A stretch of 64,000 bases of DNA from Bacteroidales bacterium. Its GTDB lineage: Bacteria; Bacteroidota; Bacteroidia; Bacteroidales; Paludibacteraceae. Under the pieces are notes generated by a model that made no database searches, was not told where the DNA came from, and worked only from the letters and a program-made list of their open reading frames with translations. Location: contig JBNMIS010000001.1 in the NCBI GenBank assembly GCA_050873385.1, forward strand, positions 20,957 through 84,956, in the 5' to 3' direction. Position 1 is the first letter of the stretch. Each line of letters begins with the position of its first letter. A program made the translations under genes and the position numbers. Positions 37,188 to 47,624 of the stretch are shown here, piece by piece.

Positions 37188-38681
37188 CTACAATGTCACT
37201 CCATTCTTGAAGATTGCAATTTCACGGTAGGATTTACGCTCATTGTTGGTATATTCGCCACTCGCCACCTTGACAACACAGTCCACAAAACGTTCAAAGA
37301 CCTGCATAACAGGTTCATCTTCAACCATCGTCCCTGCATTGAAGTCAATCCATGCAGGCTTATTGTTTGCCAAAGCAGAATTGGTCGAGACCTTAAGCGT
37401 AGGCACAAAAGTACCAAACGGCGTGCCTCTTCCCGTTGTAAACAATACGAGATGGCAGCCTGCCGCCGCGAGAGCAGAAGCCGCAACAAGGTCATTACCC
37501 GGTGCAGAAAGAAGATTAAGCCCCTTCGTTTCCAGCCGTTCACCATAAGCCAAGACGCCAGATACAGGCGCCTTCCCGCATTTCTGCGTACATCCCAACG
37601 CCTTTTCTTCCAATGTTGATATGCCGCCTGCCTTATTACCCGGAGACGGATTTTCACCTACAGGTTCACCATGGGAAAGAAAATATGCCTTGAAATCATT
37701 AATAAGACTCACTGTTTGGTCGAACAGTTCCCGCGTACGGCAACGGTTCATCAAAATAGTTTCCGCTCCAAACATTTCCGGAACTTCGGTAAGAACCGTA
37801 GTACCTCCCTGTTCCACCAAGAAATCGGAGAACATGCCCAACAAAGGATTCGCCGTTATTCCAGAGAAACCATCGGATCCGCCACATTTAAGCCCCACCT
37901 TCAATTCGGACAACGGGATATCTTCCCTCCTATCTTCAGCCGCCTTTCTGTACAATTCTCTCAAGACAGGCATACAATACTCCACCTCATCCCCCTGTAC
38001 CTTCTGCGCCACCACAAAACGGACGCGCTCCGTATTATAATCTCCGCAAAATTCACGGAAGACATCAGGCTGATTGTTTTCGCAACCGAGTCCTACCACC
38101 AATACGGCTCCTGCATTGGGATGAAGCACCATATCACGCAATATCTTTTTGGTATTTTCGTGGTCATCCCCCAATTGCGAGCAGCCATAGTTGTGCGGAA
38201 AAGCAACAATGGCGTCCACACCCCGGCTCTTCGTTTCCTGACGGAGACGTTCCGCCAACTGCGAAACGATACCATTCACACAACCGACAGTAGGAATTAT
38301 CCAAACTTCATTGCGGATACCGACTTGCCCGTCAGCACGCCGATAGCCCTTGAAAGAAAGTTTCTTTGCAGGCAATGAAGGTTTTTCGAACTTGACAGGC
38401 TTGTATTCATAGTTGAGCAGTCCTGCCAAATTGGTCTGAATATTATGTTCATTCACCCAATCTCCTGCAGAAATCCGGCAGCGTGTATGCCCAATGGGGT
38501 AACCATACTTGATTACATTTTCCCCCTCGGCGAAATCCTTCAATGCGATTTTATGCCCCGCAGGAATATCTTGACGCAAAACAATGCTGATTCCATCGAC
38601 AGAAACTACAGAACCTGCAGTTTGAGGAACAATTGCCACCGCCACATTATCGACAGGGTTGATACGAAAAACAGGTGTCAT
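37188..38681 (-). CDS. uxaA: Altronate dehydratase
   Basis: N-terminal SAF-like domain (NPVDNVAVA..AGHKIAL), then GYRRADGQVGIRNEVWIIPTVGCVN and the C-terminal UxaA block. The ATG at 38681 (MTPVFRINP) is preferred over the longer ORF start at 38714. Confidence 0.88.
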   Translation of the reverse strand: MTPVFRINPVDNVAVAIVPQTAGSVVSVDGISIVLRQDIPAGHKIALKDFAEGENVIKYGYPIGHTRCRISAGDWVNEHNIQTNLAGLLNYEYKPVKFEKPSLPAKKLSFKGYRRADGQVGIRNEVWIIPTVGCVNGIVSQLAERLRQETKSRGVDAIVAFPHNYGCSQLGDDHENTKKILRDMVLHPNAGAVLVVGLGCENNQPDVFREFCGDYNTERVRFVVAQKVQGDEVEYCMPVLRELYRKAAEDRREDIPLSELKVGLKCGGSDGFSGITANPLLGMFSDFLVEQGGTTVLTEVPEMFGAETILMNRCRTRELFDQTVSLINDFKAYFLSHGEPVGENPSPGNKAGGISTLEEKALGCTQKCGKAPVSGVLAYGERLETKGLNLLSAPGNDLVAASALAAAGCHLVLFTTGRGTPFGTFVPTLKVSTNSALANNKPAWIDFNAGTMVEDEPVMQVFERFVDCVVKVASGEYTNNERKSYREIAIFKNGVTL

Positions 38682-38735
38682 AGAAACAGATAAAACAACA
38701 GGGAGAGACAACACTCTCCCTGTTGCAAAAAGATG

Positions 38736-40214
38736 TTATAGAATAGATTTAACAGTTTCAAGCATACCTTTCTTCTGGATATCACGCAGGAATTGCTCCA
38801 CCATGGCCGTGAGTCCAGGTATTTGGTTGAGGTCTCCGTGTTCTGTCCAAATCAGGTCTTTGGCAGCCAAAACCCCTTCTGCAATCTTGTGGTAGTCAGC
38901 CGTAGCCCACAACTGCTTCAAGAGTTCCATTATCTGCGGGTCGTCATTAGGCTGAACAGGTGTGCCATCCTCTCTTACGCCGCCTTTATAGTAGGTAATA
39001 ATTGCAGCCAGTCCAAGAACAAGTCCCTTAGGCAGTTCTCCTTTGCGCTGGAGATAGGTTTTCAGACCAGGCAAATCGCGCGTTTGGAACTTCGGGAAAG
39101 AATTGAGCATAATGGATGTGACCTGATGGTCAACATACGGATTATTGAACCGCTCCAGAACATCGGCTGCAAATTTCTCCAATTCATCCATAGGAAGATT
39201 GAGCGTCTGCATGAGTTCATCAAACTGCACTTTGTGAATATACCGCCCAATGACAGGATGGTTGCAAGCATCCCGCACGATATCCACTCCGGAAAGGAAT
39301 GCGACGGGAGACAATACCGTGTGAGGACCATTGAGCAACGTCACTTTGCGTTCGTGATAGGGCGCTTCCGACTTCACGAAGAGTACATTCAAGCCCGCTT
39401 TATCGGCAGGGAACTCCTTTGCCAATTGTTCAAGCGGCAAATTCTCTGCAGTCTCTATGACCCACAAATGGAAAATCTCCGCCTGCACCACAAGATTATC
39501 GGCATAGCATATCTTTTCCTGTATTTGCTTAATTTCCTTACGAGGGAATCCGGGTACAATACGATCGACCAAAGTGGCACAAACATAGTTGTAATCCGTA
39601 AACCACTGTTTGAACGCTTCATAATCAGCACCAAAATCCTCTTTCCAAAGTTCGATATACTTATATATACATTCTTTGAGATGGTGTCCGTTGAGGAAAA
39701 TCAACTCACAAGGCATGATAATAAGACCTTTGTCGGGCGCGCCATTGAAAGTTTTGAATCGCCGATAGAGAAGTTGAGTGAGTTTTCCGGGATAGGAAGC
39801 CGCCGGTGCATCAGAGAACTTGCATTCAGGATCGAAAGCGATACCTGCTTCGGTTGTATTAGAAATGACAAAACGAATTTCGGGTTGGTCAGCCAATGCC
39901 ATAAAAGCGGCATTCTGAGAATAAGGATTGAGAGCCCGAGAAATGCAATCGATACGAGTCATCGTGTTGACGGCCTCACCATTGAGGCGCCCTTGCAAGT
40001 TCACATGATACATACAATCCTGCCCGTTGAGCCAATCGACCATACCTTTATCGATAGGTTGTACAACGACTACACTTGCATTGAAATCGGTGCATCGGTT
40101 TGTGTTATAGATAATCCAATCAACAAATGCACGCAAGAAATTACCTTCACCAAATTGGATAACTCGCTCCGGAGCAACACTCTTAGGAGCCGTAAGTTTG
40201 TTTAATGCTTTCAT
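38736..40214 (-). CDS. uxaB: Tagaturonate reductase (altronate oxidoreductase), mannitol dehydrogenase family
   Basis: VIQFGEGNFLRAFVDWI Rossmann start, a mannitol-dehydrogenase-like C-terminus, and adjacency to uxaA. ATG at 40214 (MKALNKL); the ORF extends to 40247. Confidence 0.85.
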   Translation of the reverse strand: MKALNKLTAPKSVAPERVIQFGEGNFLRAFVDWIIYNTNRCTDFNASVVVVQPIDKGMVDWLNGQDCMYHVNLQGRLNGEAVNTMTRIDCISRALNPYSQNAAFMALADQPEIRFVISNTTEAGIAFDPECKFSDAPAASYPGKLTQLLYRRFKTFNGAPDKGLIIMPCELIFLNGHHLKECIYKYIELWKEDFGADYEAFKQWFTDYNYVCATLVDRIVPGFPRKEIKQIQEKICYADNLVVQAEIFHLWVIETAENLPLEQLAKEFPADKAGLNVLFVKSEAPYHERKVTLLNGPHTVLSPVAFLSGVDIVRDACNHPVIGRYIHKVQFDELMQTLNLPMDELEKFAADVLERFNNPYVDHQVTSIMLNSFPKFQTRDLPGLKTYLQRKGELPKGLVLGLAAIITYYKGGVREDGTPVQPNDDPQIMELLKQLWATADYHKIAEGVLAAKDLIWTEHGDLNQIPGLTAMVEQFLRDIQKKGMLETVKSIL

Positions 40215-40279
40215 GTTAGTTGTTTTTATATTACAGACATTCGCCATTTACCACCCATAGCAGGGCTTTATGAACGCTG

Positions 40280-40287
40280 CAAAAGTA
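40280..40287 (-). promoter_or_regulatory. -7 promoter box (TACTTTTG on the minus strand) for uxaB-uxaA
   Basis: caaaagta on the plus strand, 66 nt upstream of the ATG at 40214. Confidence 0.5.
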
Positions 40288-40458
40288 CTACTAAACCAAC
40301 AAGCCTGCACCCATAAACTGACATTTTTTGTGGAATTATTTAACAAATCACCCTCACAAGACACAATGTGCGGCAAATCAACGCTATACGCCTGAGCAAA
40401 CGGAAGAACAGAAAACAGTTTTTTTGACGTATTTATTCCGAGAGTGCATAATTAGTGG

Positions 40459-40466
40459 TATCTTTG
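40459..40466 (+). promoter_or_regulatory. -7 promoter box TATCTTTG only 7 nt before the rdgB ATG (implies a leaderless or near-leaderless mRNA)
   Basis: Exact TAnnTTTG match ending at 40466; the ATG is at 40474. Confidence 0.45.
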
Positions 40467-40473
40467 CAGGCGT

Positions 40474-41055
40474 ATGAAATTAGTATTCGCCACCAATAAT
40501 GCCCACAAATTGGAAGAAGTCCGCGAGATGTTCCAAGGAAAAGCGGAAATTTCAAGTTTGAAAGAAATCGGCTGTACTGCGGATATACCCGAGACATCGC
40601 CCACGATAGAAGAGAATTCATTACAGAAAGCCCGCTACATTTACGACCAGTACGGCATGGATTGCTTCTCAGACGACACGGGTTTGGAAGTGGAAGCCTT
40701 AGGCGGCGCTCCTGGAGTGTATTCGGCACGGTATGCCGGAGAGCCAAGCAATCCGGAACGGAACAGGAAGAAACTGTTACAGGAAATGGAGGGGCACACA
40801 AACAGGAAAGCACGGTTCAGAACCGTTATCACACTGATTATCCAAGGGGAAGTGCATCAGTTTGAAGGGATTGCAGAAGGAGAGATAAGCACCCAAGAGA
40901 ACGGAGAACAAGGTTTCGGATATGACTCACTATTCATCCCCAAAGGATACACCCAGACATTTGCCCAATTGGGGAACAGTGAGAAAAACCGGCTAAGTCA
41001 CCGCAGCAAGGCTATGGCTGCATTGTGGGAATATATCAATCATCACTGCTTATGA
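40474..41055 (+). CDS. rdgB: dITP/XTP pyrophosphatase (non-canonical purine NTP pyrophosphatase)
   Basis: MKLVFATNNAHKLEE start, ..FSDDTGLEVEAL.G.PGVYSARY.., and FGYDSLF, the Ham1/RdgB signatures. Confidence 0.9.
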   Translation: MKLVFATNNAHKLEEVREMFQGKAEISSLKEIGCTADIPETSPTIEENSLQKARYIYDQYGMDCFSDDTGLEVEALGGAPGVYSARYAGEPSNPERNRKKLLQEMEGHTNRKARFRTVITLIIQGEVHQFEGIAEGEISTQENGEQGFGYDSLFIPKGYTQTFAQLGNSEKNRLSHRSKAMAALWEYINHHCL

Positions 41056-43343
41056 AAAGATATCTGTTTATTGTTTTGACGTTTCTTTGTACACAGGTTT
41101 GGTCACAGACAGAAATGCACGGATGGCGCATTCACTATGCCTACAACGACGTGACCTCCATCGAACAAAACGAGAACCGCGTATACGCCTTGAGTGATGG
41201 CGCATTATTCTATACCGAAAAAGAGACAGAAAGCATAGAACGCTGCGACAAACTCATGGGATTGAATGATGTCAACATTGTTCAAATGCGTTATTCAGAA
41301 GATATACACGGTCTGTTGCTCTTGTATGCCGACGGCAACATAGACATTCTCTATGATGATAATTCCGTTTACAACATACCCGATCTATACAATGCACAGA
41401 TAAACATGAGCAAACGTGCAAATTCTATTTATCTGCACGAGGGAAGAGCATACATATCTATGGATTTCGGTATACTGGTGTTGAACTTGAGACGAAAAGA
41501 GATACAAGACACATACTACATCGGCAACAAAGCCTCCAAGGTGAAAGTGCATTCCATCTGCATTGCCGGAGATTCCATCTATGCAGTCTCTTCAGATTCC
41601 ATATATACGGCAAAACTGGATGACAACCTGGTGGATTACGCCAATTGGAAAACCCTAAAAGGATTGTCAGGACATGGAGAAATCGCCCAAATCATCGTAT
41701 TCAACGACCAACTATGTCTTTTGAGAGACGGTATATTGTACACAAGAGAACAGAATCGATGGGTTGCATATTCTGCAATAGACAAAATAAACAGCATAAA
41801 AACGAACGGAAACAAGTTGTATGCCCTGACGACTCAATCAGTATATGAAATAGATGAAAACATGACAGCATCTGCCTTTCCCGTTTTTATCGGTGCAACA
41901 GACGTGACATATGATGCATTGAACAAAACCTACTGGTTTGCTTATTATGCTGACGGAGTCGGGAAATATGATACAAGGGATATGAGCGTAAACCATTATA
42001 TTCCCTCAGGCCCAATCAATAACAGCGCATATAGAATCCGAGTGAAAGAGAACAGAGTCTTTATTGTTCCAGGCGGCTACCTGAGCGTATATTACAACAG
42101 AAGTGGCAGTGTGTCAATATATGACTCAGGCGAGTGGACAAACTTCTCACAAACATACCTGATGGAAAAGACGGGTGTATACACGGAAGATTATAGCGAC
42201 GTCATCTGTCTAAACGGAGATCCTGCACATTTCTTTGTCGCCTCGTTCGGTTATGGTCTGATAGAATTCAGGGACAACGAGTTTTATGCCCGTTACAACC
42301 AACTCAACAGCCCGTTGGTGCCCCAGATAGATCAGCCGGAAAAATACACGTGGGTGGACGCATTGGCCGTTGATGCAAACAACAATCTCTGGATGTACAA
42401 CAAAGCGACAGACGGAGTGAAAGTACTAACCAGCAACGGAAAATGGTATTCCATCGAAAATGCCGCCACCAACCAGTTATCACGTTGCAAGAACCTGCTT
42501 ATATGGAATAAAAACGAGAATGTCAAGATTTTAAACAGTGCCCGAGCAGCAGCGGGAATAGGTATATTCGATGATAACGGAACCCTAGACAACAGCAGAG
42601 ACGACAAGGGCGTATTCCATTCGACCTTTACAGATCAGGACGGCAACGAACTCACGCCCGATTTGATTCTGTCCATTGCCCAAGACAAATCGGGCGCTCT
42701 ATGGGTCGGAACAAACAGCGGCATCCTGACATTTGAAAATCCGGAGAGTCTCTTCTCGTCGAATGCCTGCACGCGCATAAAGATAAGGAGAAACGACGGG
42801 ACAAATCTCGCCGACTACCTCTTGAACGACGAAAGCATCAATGCCATCGCCGTGGACGGAGCAAACAGAAAGTGGATCGGCACAGCATCTTCCGGTCTGT
42901 ATCTGATGTCGGAAGACGGAAAAGAGACAATCGAGCACTTCACCGCGGAGAACTCTCCACTGCTATCCAACAACATAACAGCAATTGCCACCAATGACGA
43001 GAACGGCGAAGTGTTCATAGGAACAGACGGCGGATTGGTGTCTTATCAAAGTGATGCTGCCAAGAGCATGGACAACCTGAGCGAAGCATACGCTTACCCC
43101 AACCCTATAAGACCGGGATTTGAAGGTGTGATTACCATTGCAAAACTATCGGATAAATCGACCGTCAAGATAACAGACACGGCAGGCAACCTCATTTGCA
43201 CCACCTTATCAAACGGAGGTATCGCCATCTGGGACGGCAACGATGCATACGGAAAGAAAGTCCGCAGCGGAATCTATTATGCCCACTGCAACAACGAAGC
43301 CGGAGACGAATATGCTCTAGTCAAGATCCTCTTCCTGCAATAA
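41052..43343 (+). CDS. Two-component-regulator-propeller-type beta-propeller protein with T9SS C-terminal domain (PorZ-like)
   Basis: Signal peptide MKRYLFIVLTFLCTQVWSQ. Repeated propeller blades (ALWVGTNSGILTF, KWIGTASSGLYLM, VFIGTDGGLVSYQ). CTD YAYPNPIRPGFEGVITI...GIYYAHC...VKILFLQ. About 763 aa and this architecture match PorZ by recall. Its ATGA start overlaps the rdgB stop. Confidence 0.6.
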   Translation: MKRYLFIVLTFLCTQVWSQTEMHGWRIHYAYNDVTSIEQNENRVYALSDGALFYTEKETESIERCDKLMGLNDVNIVQMRYSEDIHGLLLLYADGNIDILYDDNSVYNIPDLYNAQINMSKRANSIYLHEGRAYISMDFGILVLNLRRKEIQDTYYIGNKASKVKVHSICIAGDSIYAVSSDSIYTAKLDDNLVDYANWKTLKGLSGHGEIAQIIVFNDQLCLLRDGILYTREQNRWVAYSAIDKINSIKTNGNKLYALTTQSVYEIDENMTASAFPVFIGATDVTYDALNKTYWFAYYADGVGKYDTRDMSVNHYIPSGPINNSAYRIRVKENRVFIVPGGYLSVYYNRSGSVSIYDSGEWTNFSQTYLMEKTGVYTEDYSDVICLNGDPAHFFVASFGYGLIEFRDNEFYARYNQLNSPLVPQIDQPEKYTWVDALAVDANNNLWMYNKATDGVKVLTSNGKWYSIENAATNQLSRCKNLLIWNKNENVKILNSARAAAGIGIFDDNGTLDNSRDDKGVFHSTFTDQDGNELTPDLILSIAQDKSGALWVGTNSGILTFENPESLFSSNACTRIKIRRNDGTNLADYLLNDESINAIAVDGANRKWIGTASSGLYLMSEDGKETIEHFTAENSPLLSNNITAIATNDENGEVFIGTDGGLVSYQSDAAKSMDNLSEAYAYPNPIRPGFEGVITIAKLSDKSTVKITDTAGNLICTTLSNGGIAIWDGNDAYGKKVRSGIYYAHCNNEAGDEYALVKILFLQ

Positions 43344-43395
43344 TAACCGAAGTACAAGCCAAACAGCAGAGCAACCTCTTATCTTGCAGTCCAGA

Positions 43396-43980
43396 TTACA
43401 ACCTAATCTGCTGCAGGAACTCTTCTCTCAATTCGGGTTGATTGAACGCACCGGAATACTGCATCGTAGTTGTGACAGCACCTGTTTTCTGTATACCTCT
43501 CATCTGCATACAAAGGTGTTGCGCTTCCACGACAACCATCGCCCCCATCGGGGATAATGCGGTGTTGATACTATCCAATATCTCATGCGACATGCGCTCC
43601 TGCACCTGCAAGCGATGTGCGTACACATCCACAATGCGTGCCAATTTACTCAATCCCGTGATGGTTCCATCCGGAATATAGGCGACGTGCACTTTCCCAA
43701 AGAAAGGCAACAAATGGTGCTCACACAGGGAATAGAACTCAATGTCTTTCACCAATACCATTTGTTTGGAGTCTTCATGGAAGAGAGCAGAACGAAGAAT
43801 TGCCACTGCATCTTCCGCATACCCTTTGCAAAGGAACTGATAAGCCTCCCCTACCCGTTGCGGGGTTTTCAGGAGCCCCTCCCGTTCAGTGTCTTCACCA
43901 AGCAGCCTGAGTATCTGTCTTACGGGGTTTGCTATTTCGCCAGTCAACTCCGAAGACGGAGTAAAAGATTGCATATCCAT
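43396..43980 (-). CDS. folE: GTP cyclohydrolase I
   Basis: [18 protein letters not shown] and HLCMQMRG motifs. 194 aa. Confidence 0.92.
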   Translation of the reverse strand: MDMQSFTPSSELTGEIANPVRQILRLLGEDTEREGLLKTPQRVGEAYQFLCKGYAEDAVAILRSALFHEDSKQMVLVKDIEFYSLCEHHLLPFFGKVHVAYIPDGTITGLSKLARIVDVYAHRLQVQERMSHEILDSINTALSPMGAMVVVEAQHLCMQMRGIQKTGAVTTTMQYSGAFNQPELREEFLQQIRL

Positions 43981-43995
43981 AGGTCTGTAGTCTCT

Positions 43996-44469
43996 TTATT
44001 GTATAACCTGTATCTGGTCGCGTACGATGTAGGTCTCGGCCTGCAACTGCGGCAACGTACGTGCCACCTCTTCAAGAAACGCCTGCGCCTCCTCTTTTGT
44101 GCGGAAATCACCTAACCGCACTTTGAAGAAAGGCGGGTTGTAAAGAACATAGACAGGGACTTCGATCGTTGACTCCTTGACCAACTTTTCCACTTTATAC
44201 GCATCCGCTTTCGCCGTTTTCTGACGATTGCTGGAGAAGACCTGCACACGAAAACCCTGCACAGTGACCTGTTCACGCTGTACATTGTTAATCTTATCCA
44301 GCAATACACGATCAATCGCGGGATCGGAGATGACCATTACATCATCGCCCATTGCCTCAAAAATGCTCGCACGCTGCGGTACTATCGAGTCCGTCCGGAC
44401 CTCGTCAGCCGCAGCACAGAACAGCAGAGACACCTGCAACAATAAACCAAATATGAACAAACGCTTCAT
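43996..44469 (-). CDS. SPOR domain-containing protein
   Basis: Signal peptide MKRLFIFGLLLQVSLLFCAAA (ATG at 44469; an upstream ATG lies at 44481). The C-terminal FRVQVFSS..A.A....L.......V.....PFFKVRLGDFRTKEEAQ is a SPOR fold pattern. Confidence 0.75.
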   Translation of the reverse strand: MKRLFIFGLLLQVSLLFCAAADEVRTDSIVPQRASIFEAMGDDVMVISDPAIDRVLLDKINNVQREQVTVQGFRVQVFSSNRQKTAKADAYKVEKLVKESTIEVPVYVLYNPPFFKVRLGDFRTKEEAQAFLEEVARTLPQLQAETYIVRDQIQVIQ

Positions 44470-44483
44470 TGGCAATTCCATTA

Positions 44484-46166
44484 TTAGTAGCGGAATGAAC
44501 TTCCTCCGACGAATTCCCGCAAGAGAGATGTAGGCGGGATTTCCTTTTCGGGTATGCTCACAAAGTACTGCAAGAATTTAAGCAGACGATGCGCCTCCGT
44601 ATATTCCTCACAATGTTTAGGTACTTCTGCCAAAATGGGCTCCGCGTGACGCTTCAGGACTGCCAACTCGAAGAGCAAAGCAGAATTGAACATGGCATCG
44701 GCATTTTCCTGATAGGGATATATCCACTTTTCCTCACCCCGCTTCACACTATTGCAACGCGCAATGGTTTCCCGCGCCGAATAGTTGCGGTACCGATAGT
44801 CACGGATAATGCGGCGCAACAACCGCGTATCGGTGGTCGGAATCCAGTTGTGGTTATCCAGATTGATCGTGGTCAACGCCGATACATAAATCTTGAACGT
44901 CGCTTCCTTGGGTATATTAGGAATAAGAGACGGATTGAGGGCATGAATACCTTCCAGAATGACAATATTGTCCTGCTCCATTTTCAGTTTGTTTCCCAAG
45001 TAATGACGTTTACCATCCTCAAAATTAAACGTAGGAAGGCTTATTTCTTTTCCCTGCAACAAATCGGAAAGTTGACTGCGGAAAAGGTCCAAGTCCAACG
45101 CATTTATATCTTCAAAATCCCATTCGCCGTTCTCGTCGCGAGGAGTATCTTCCCTATTCACAAAATAGTTATCCATACTAATGACGACGGGCGTAATACC
45201 GTTGAGCCTCAACTGTATGGTGAGTCGTTTTGAGAAAGTGGTTTTACCGGAAGAACTGGGACCGGAAATCAGGACGAATTTAGGTCTTCCTCCTTCCCGA
45301 TTGGCAATCATATCCGCAATTTGAGCCACCTTTTTCTCATGGAGCGCCTCGGACAACTTAATCATATCAAAGGCTTCATGCTTCTTGCATGCAATATTGA
45401 AGTCTGCCACATTGTTGATATGCATCAACTGATTCCATCCGATGTATTCATTGAAAATACCAAAGGTTTTCTCCTGCGGGATGTTATCCTCCAGCCGTAC
45501 GGGTTTTTCCCGATTAGGAATACGCAGCAACATACCATCATAGTATGGTTCCAAATCAAAGAGGGAGATATAACCGGTACTGGGCATCAAGACGCCATTA
45601 TAATAATCGATATAGTCACCCATGCGGAAATAACGCGTATAAGGTTCGCCAAAGGTCTCGAACAAATTGGATTCCCCATCCGTATGTTCATGGAACATCT
45701 CGATGACATCCTGCGTCCGGCGTTCTTCCGTAATGATAGGACGGTCCTCGTCCACAATCTGCTGCATCTTCCGACGGATATCAGCAATCATCCTTTCATC
45801 CAAGTCAGGATGAGGTTCCCCATCTTTGCGCCACTGAACAGTACAATAATATCCTTTGGAAATCGGGTGTTCTATCCGCAAATCAGCACGCGGATACAAC
45901 TCGTGTATTGCACAACTGAGCACCATACTCAGCGTACGCACATAGCAGCGCATTCCACTGGGGCAACTGACGTCTATAAATTCTATATCTTTGGGGCGAT
46001 AGAGCGTGAAATTGAGGTCCTCTACCTTGTAATTCACTCGAGCAGCCGCTACGGGATACGGTAACTTGATACCCAACATTTTGTACACTTCCAATACCGA
46101 ACTGCCCCGAGGAACATTGTGATATTGCCGTGTATTCTTACAGAAAATAGTAATATCGTTTTGCAT
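44484..46166 (-). CDS. Nucleoside/uridine kinase family protein with N-terminal TGS-like domain
   Basis: P-loop ISGPSSSGKTTFSKRL and a uridine-kinase-like body. ATG at 46166 (MQNDITIF); the listed ORF starts at a TTG at 46190, inside the promoter box. Confidence 0.75.
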   Translation of the reverse strand: MQNDITIFCKNTRQYHNVPRGSSVLEVYKMLGIKLPYPVAAARVNYKVEDLNFTLYRPKDIEFIDVSCPSGMRCYVRTLSMVLSCAIHELYPRADLRIEHPISKGYYCTVQWRKDGEPHPDLDERMIADIRRKMQQIVDEDRPIITEERRTQDVIEMFHEHTDGESNLFETFGEPYTRYFRMGDYIDYYNGVLMPSTGYISLFDLEPYYDGMLLRIPNREKPVRLEDNIPQEKTFGIFNEYIGWNQLMHINNVADFNIACKKHEAFDMIKLSEALHEKKVAQIADMIANREGGRPKFVLISGPSSSGKTTFSKRLTIQLRLNGITPVVISMDNYFVNREDTPRDENGEWDFEDINALDLDLFRSQLSDLLQGKEISLPTFNFEDGKRHYLGNKLKMEQDNIVILEGIHALNPSLIPNIPKEATFKIYVSALTTINLDNHNWIPTTDTRLLRRIIRDYRYRNYSARETIARCNSVKRGEEKWIYPYQENADAMFNSALLFELAVLKRHAEPILAEVPKHCEEYTEAHRLLKFLQYFVSIPEKEIPPTSLLREFVGGSSFRY

Positions 46167-46187
46167 AGCGGTGAAATTTAATACTTG

Positions 46188-46195
46188 CAAAGGTA
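46188..46195 (-). promoter_or_regulatory. -7 promoter box (TACCTTTG on the minus strand) for the nucleoside kinase operon
   Basis: caaaggta on the plus strand, 22 nt upstream of the ATG at 46166. Confidence 0.55.
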
Positions 46196-46288
46196 CTACA
46201 TATTTTCCATTTCTACAATATAGACAACCCGTTCCGTCGATGACAGCGGCACAAGCCGGAGGGACAGCACCATGGAAGAGTCGGAAAT

Positions 46289-46332
46289 TTCTGTTCAGGA
46301 GTGCTTCAGGTCTCGATGAGACCGGCTAAAAC
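46289..46332 (+). repeat. Copy F of the interspersed 11-nt-unit intergenic element
   Basis: ttctgttcagg (46289) | agtgcttcagg (46300) | tctcgatgaga (46311) | ccggctaaaac (46322). Contains the perfect hairpin ggtctc-gat-gagacc (46309-46323). Closest to copy D. Confidence 0.8.
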
Positions 46333-46502
46333 AAAGCCACCTTTTCCCACGTTTCCAACAAAAGGAAACCGCGGAAAAATCTTACATAAAACATCTTCCA
46401 AAAAAAGCAATCAGCCCGTTGTCCGCAAGTAAGTTATTCACTTCCGCCGGATTTACAATCATCCGCACAGAATTACACATACAGAAGAAAAGCCACAGAT
46501 AA

Positions 46503-47624
46503 TCACTCCAATGCCCGATAGACACCGCCCGGAAGCGATTTGACAATTCCCCGGAACTCCATCTGAAGCAACAAGGAAGCCACCTTTGAGTAAGGCATTT
46601 TTGTCTCCATTACCAAGAGATTGATATGCAAGCCTTCCATATTTTCATGGAGCAAACGCAACAGATTATTCTCCTCATCGCTCAAATCGGTAAACAATTT
46701 CGTTTGCAAAGATGCCAGTGAGGCAACAGTCTCCCACTGCATCGCTTGCAGAATCTCATGACCATTTTCCACCAACATCGCTTTATTTTGCTTGACAAGC
46801 GCATTGCAACCCCGGGAACAAATATCATCGATCCGACCGGGAACCGCGAATACATCTCTGTCGTACGAATTCGCCATTTCGGCAGTCAACAAAGCCCCAC
46901 CCTTTTCCTTGGATTCGACCACCAGAATAGCATCACTCAATCCTGCTATAATACGATTTCTTGCCACAAAATTCTGCCGATCAGGATTGGTACCAGCCAT
47001 ATATTCTGTCAGTATTCCCCCATTTTGCAACGCATCTACAGCCGTTTTCCGGTGCACAGCAGGATATATCCGGTCCAATCCGTGCCCCGGAATAATGAAG
47101 GTAGGAATCCCCGCCTCAATAGCAGCACGATGCGCCGTAATATCAATACCATAAGCCAAACCGCTTACAATGGTGAGGTTTTTCGTCAAAGAAGCCATCT
47201 CAAGAATCATCTTGCGACATTCGTCTTTCCCCCGTTCCGTAGGAACCCGCGTTCCCACAACCGCCAAGAAATGTCCTTCATTCGGCTTGATATTCCCCTT
47301 GGCAAACAAGAGCAGCGGAGCATCCGGACATTCCCGAAGACGGTAAGGATAGTTATCGTCTTGATAGTAAAATGTGGAAAGATGGTGAGAAAATATGAAA
47401 TCCAACTCTTTATCCGCTCTTCTCAAAGCATTCTCGCGTTGGCTGAGAATATCTTGTACCAAACTCGGGCGTATGTTAGGGATTGATTCCAGTTCTTCCT
47501 GAGATGCCATAAACACATCACGAGCAGAACCAAAGAACTCAATCAGAGCCTTGGCATGTCTCAAGCCGATACGGGGCAACAAACCAACCGCTATCTGATA
47601 TCTCAGTTGTTCTTCATTTTGCAT
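46503..47624 (-). CDS. dprA: DNA-processing protein DprA
   Basis: SAM-like N-terminus, Rossmann-like core (VVGTR..., VSGLAYGIDITAHRAA, GGALLTA) and a C-terminal winged-helix-like region. Confidence 0.88.
   Translation of the reverse strand: MQNEEQLRYQIAVGLLPRIGLRHAKALIEFFGSARDVFMASQEELESIPNIRPSLVQDILSQRENALRRADKELDFIFSHHLSTFYYQDDNYPYRLRECPDAPLLLFAKGNIKPNEGHFLAVVGTRVPTERGKDECRKMILEMASLTKNLTIVSGLAYGIDITAHRAAIEAGIPTFIIPGHGLDRIYPAVHRKTAVDALQNGGILTEYMAGTNPDRQNFVARNRIIAGLSDAILVVESKEKGGALLTAEMANSYDRDVFAVPGRIDDICSRGCNALVKQNKAMLVENGHEILQAMQWETVASLASLQTKLFTDLSDEENNLLRLLHENMEGLHINLLVMETKMPYSKVASLLLQMEFRGIVKSLPGGVYRALE

Noticed and set aside
36984-37619. 211-aa plus-strand ORF spanning the uxaA terminator and the uxaA 3' end. 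The same applies to other long antisense ORFs such as 11804..12799, 24456..25379, 25967..27256, 38793..40205 and 47984..48868.
   Set aside because: All lie antisense to genes with strong family motifs. Their translations are Arg/His/Ile/Gln-rich low-information sequences typical of shadow frames.
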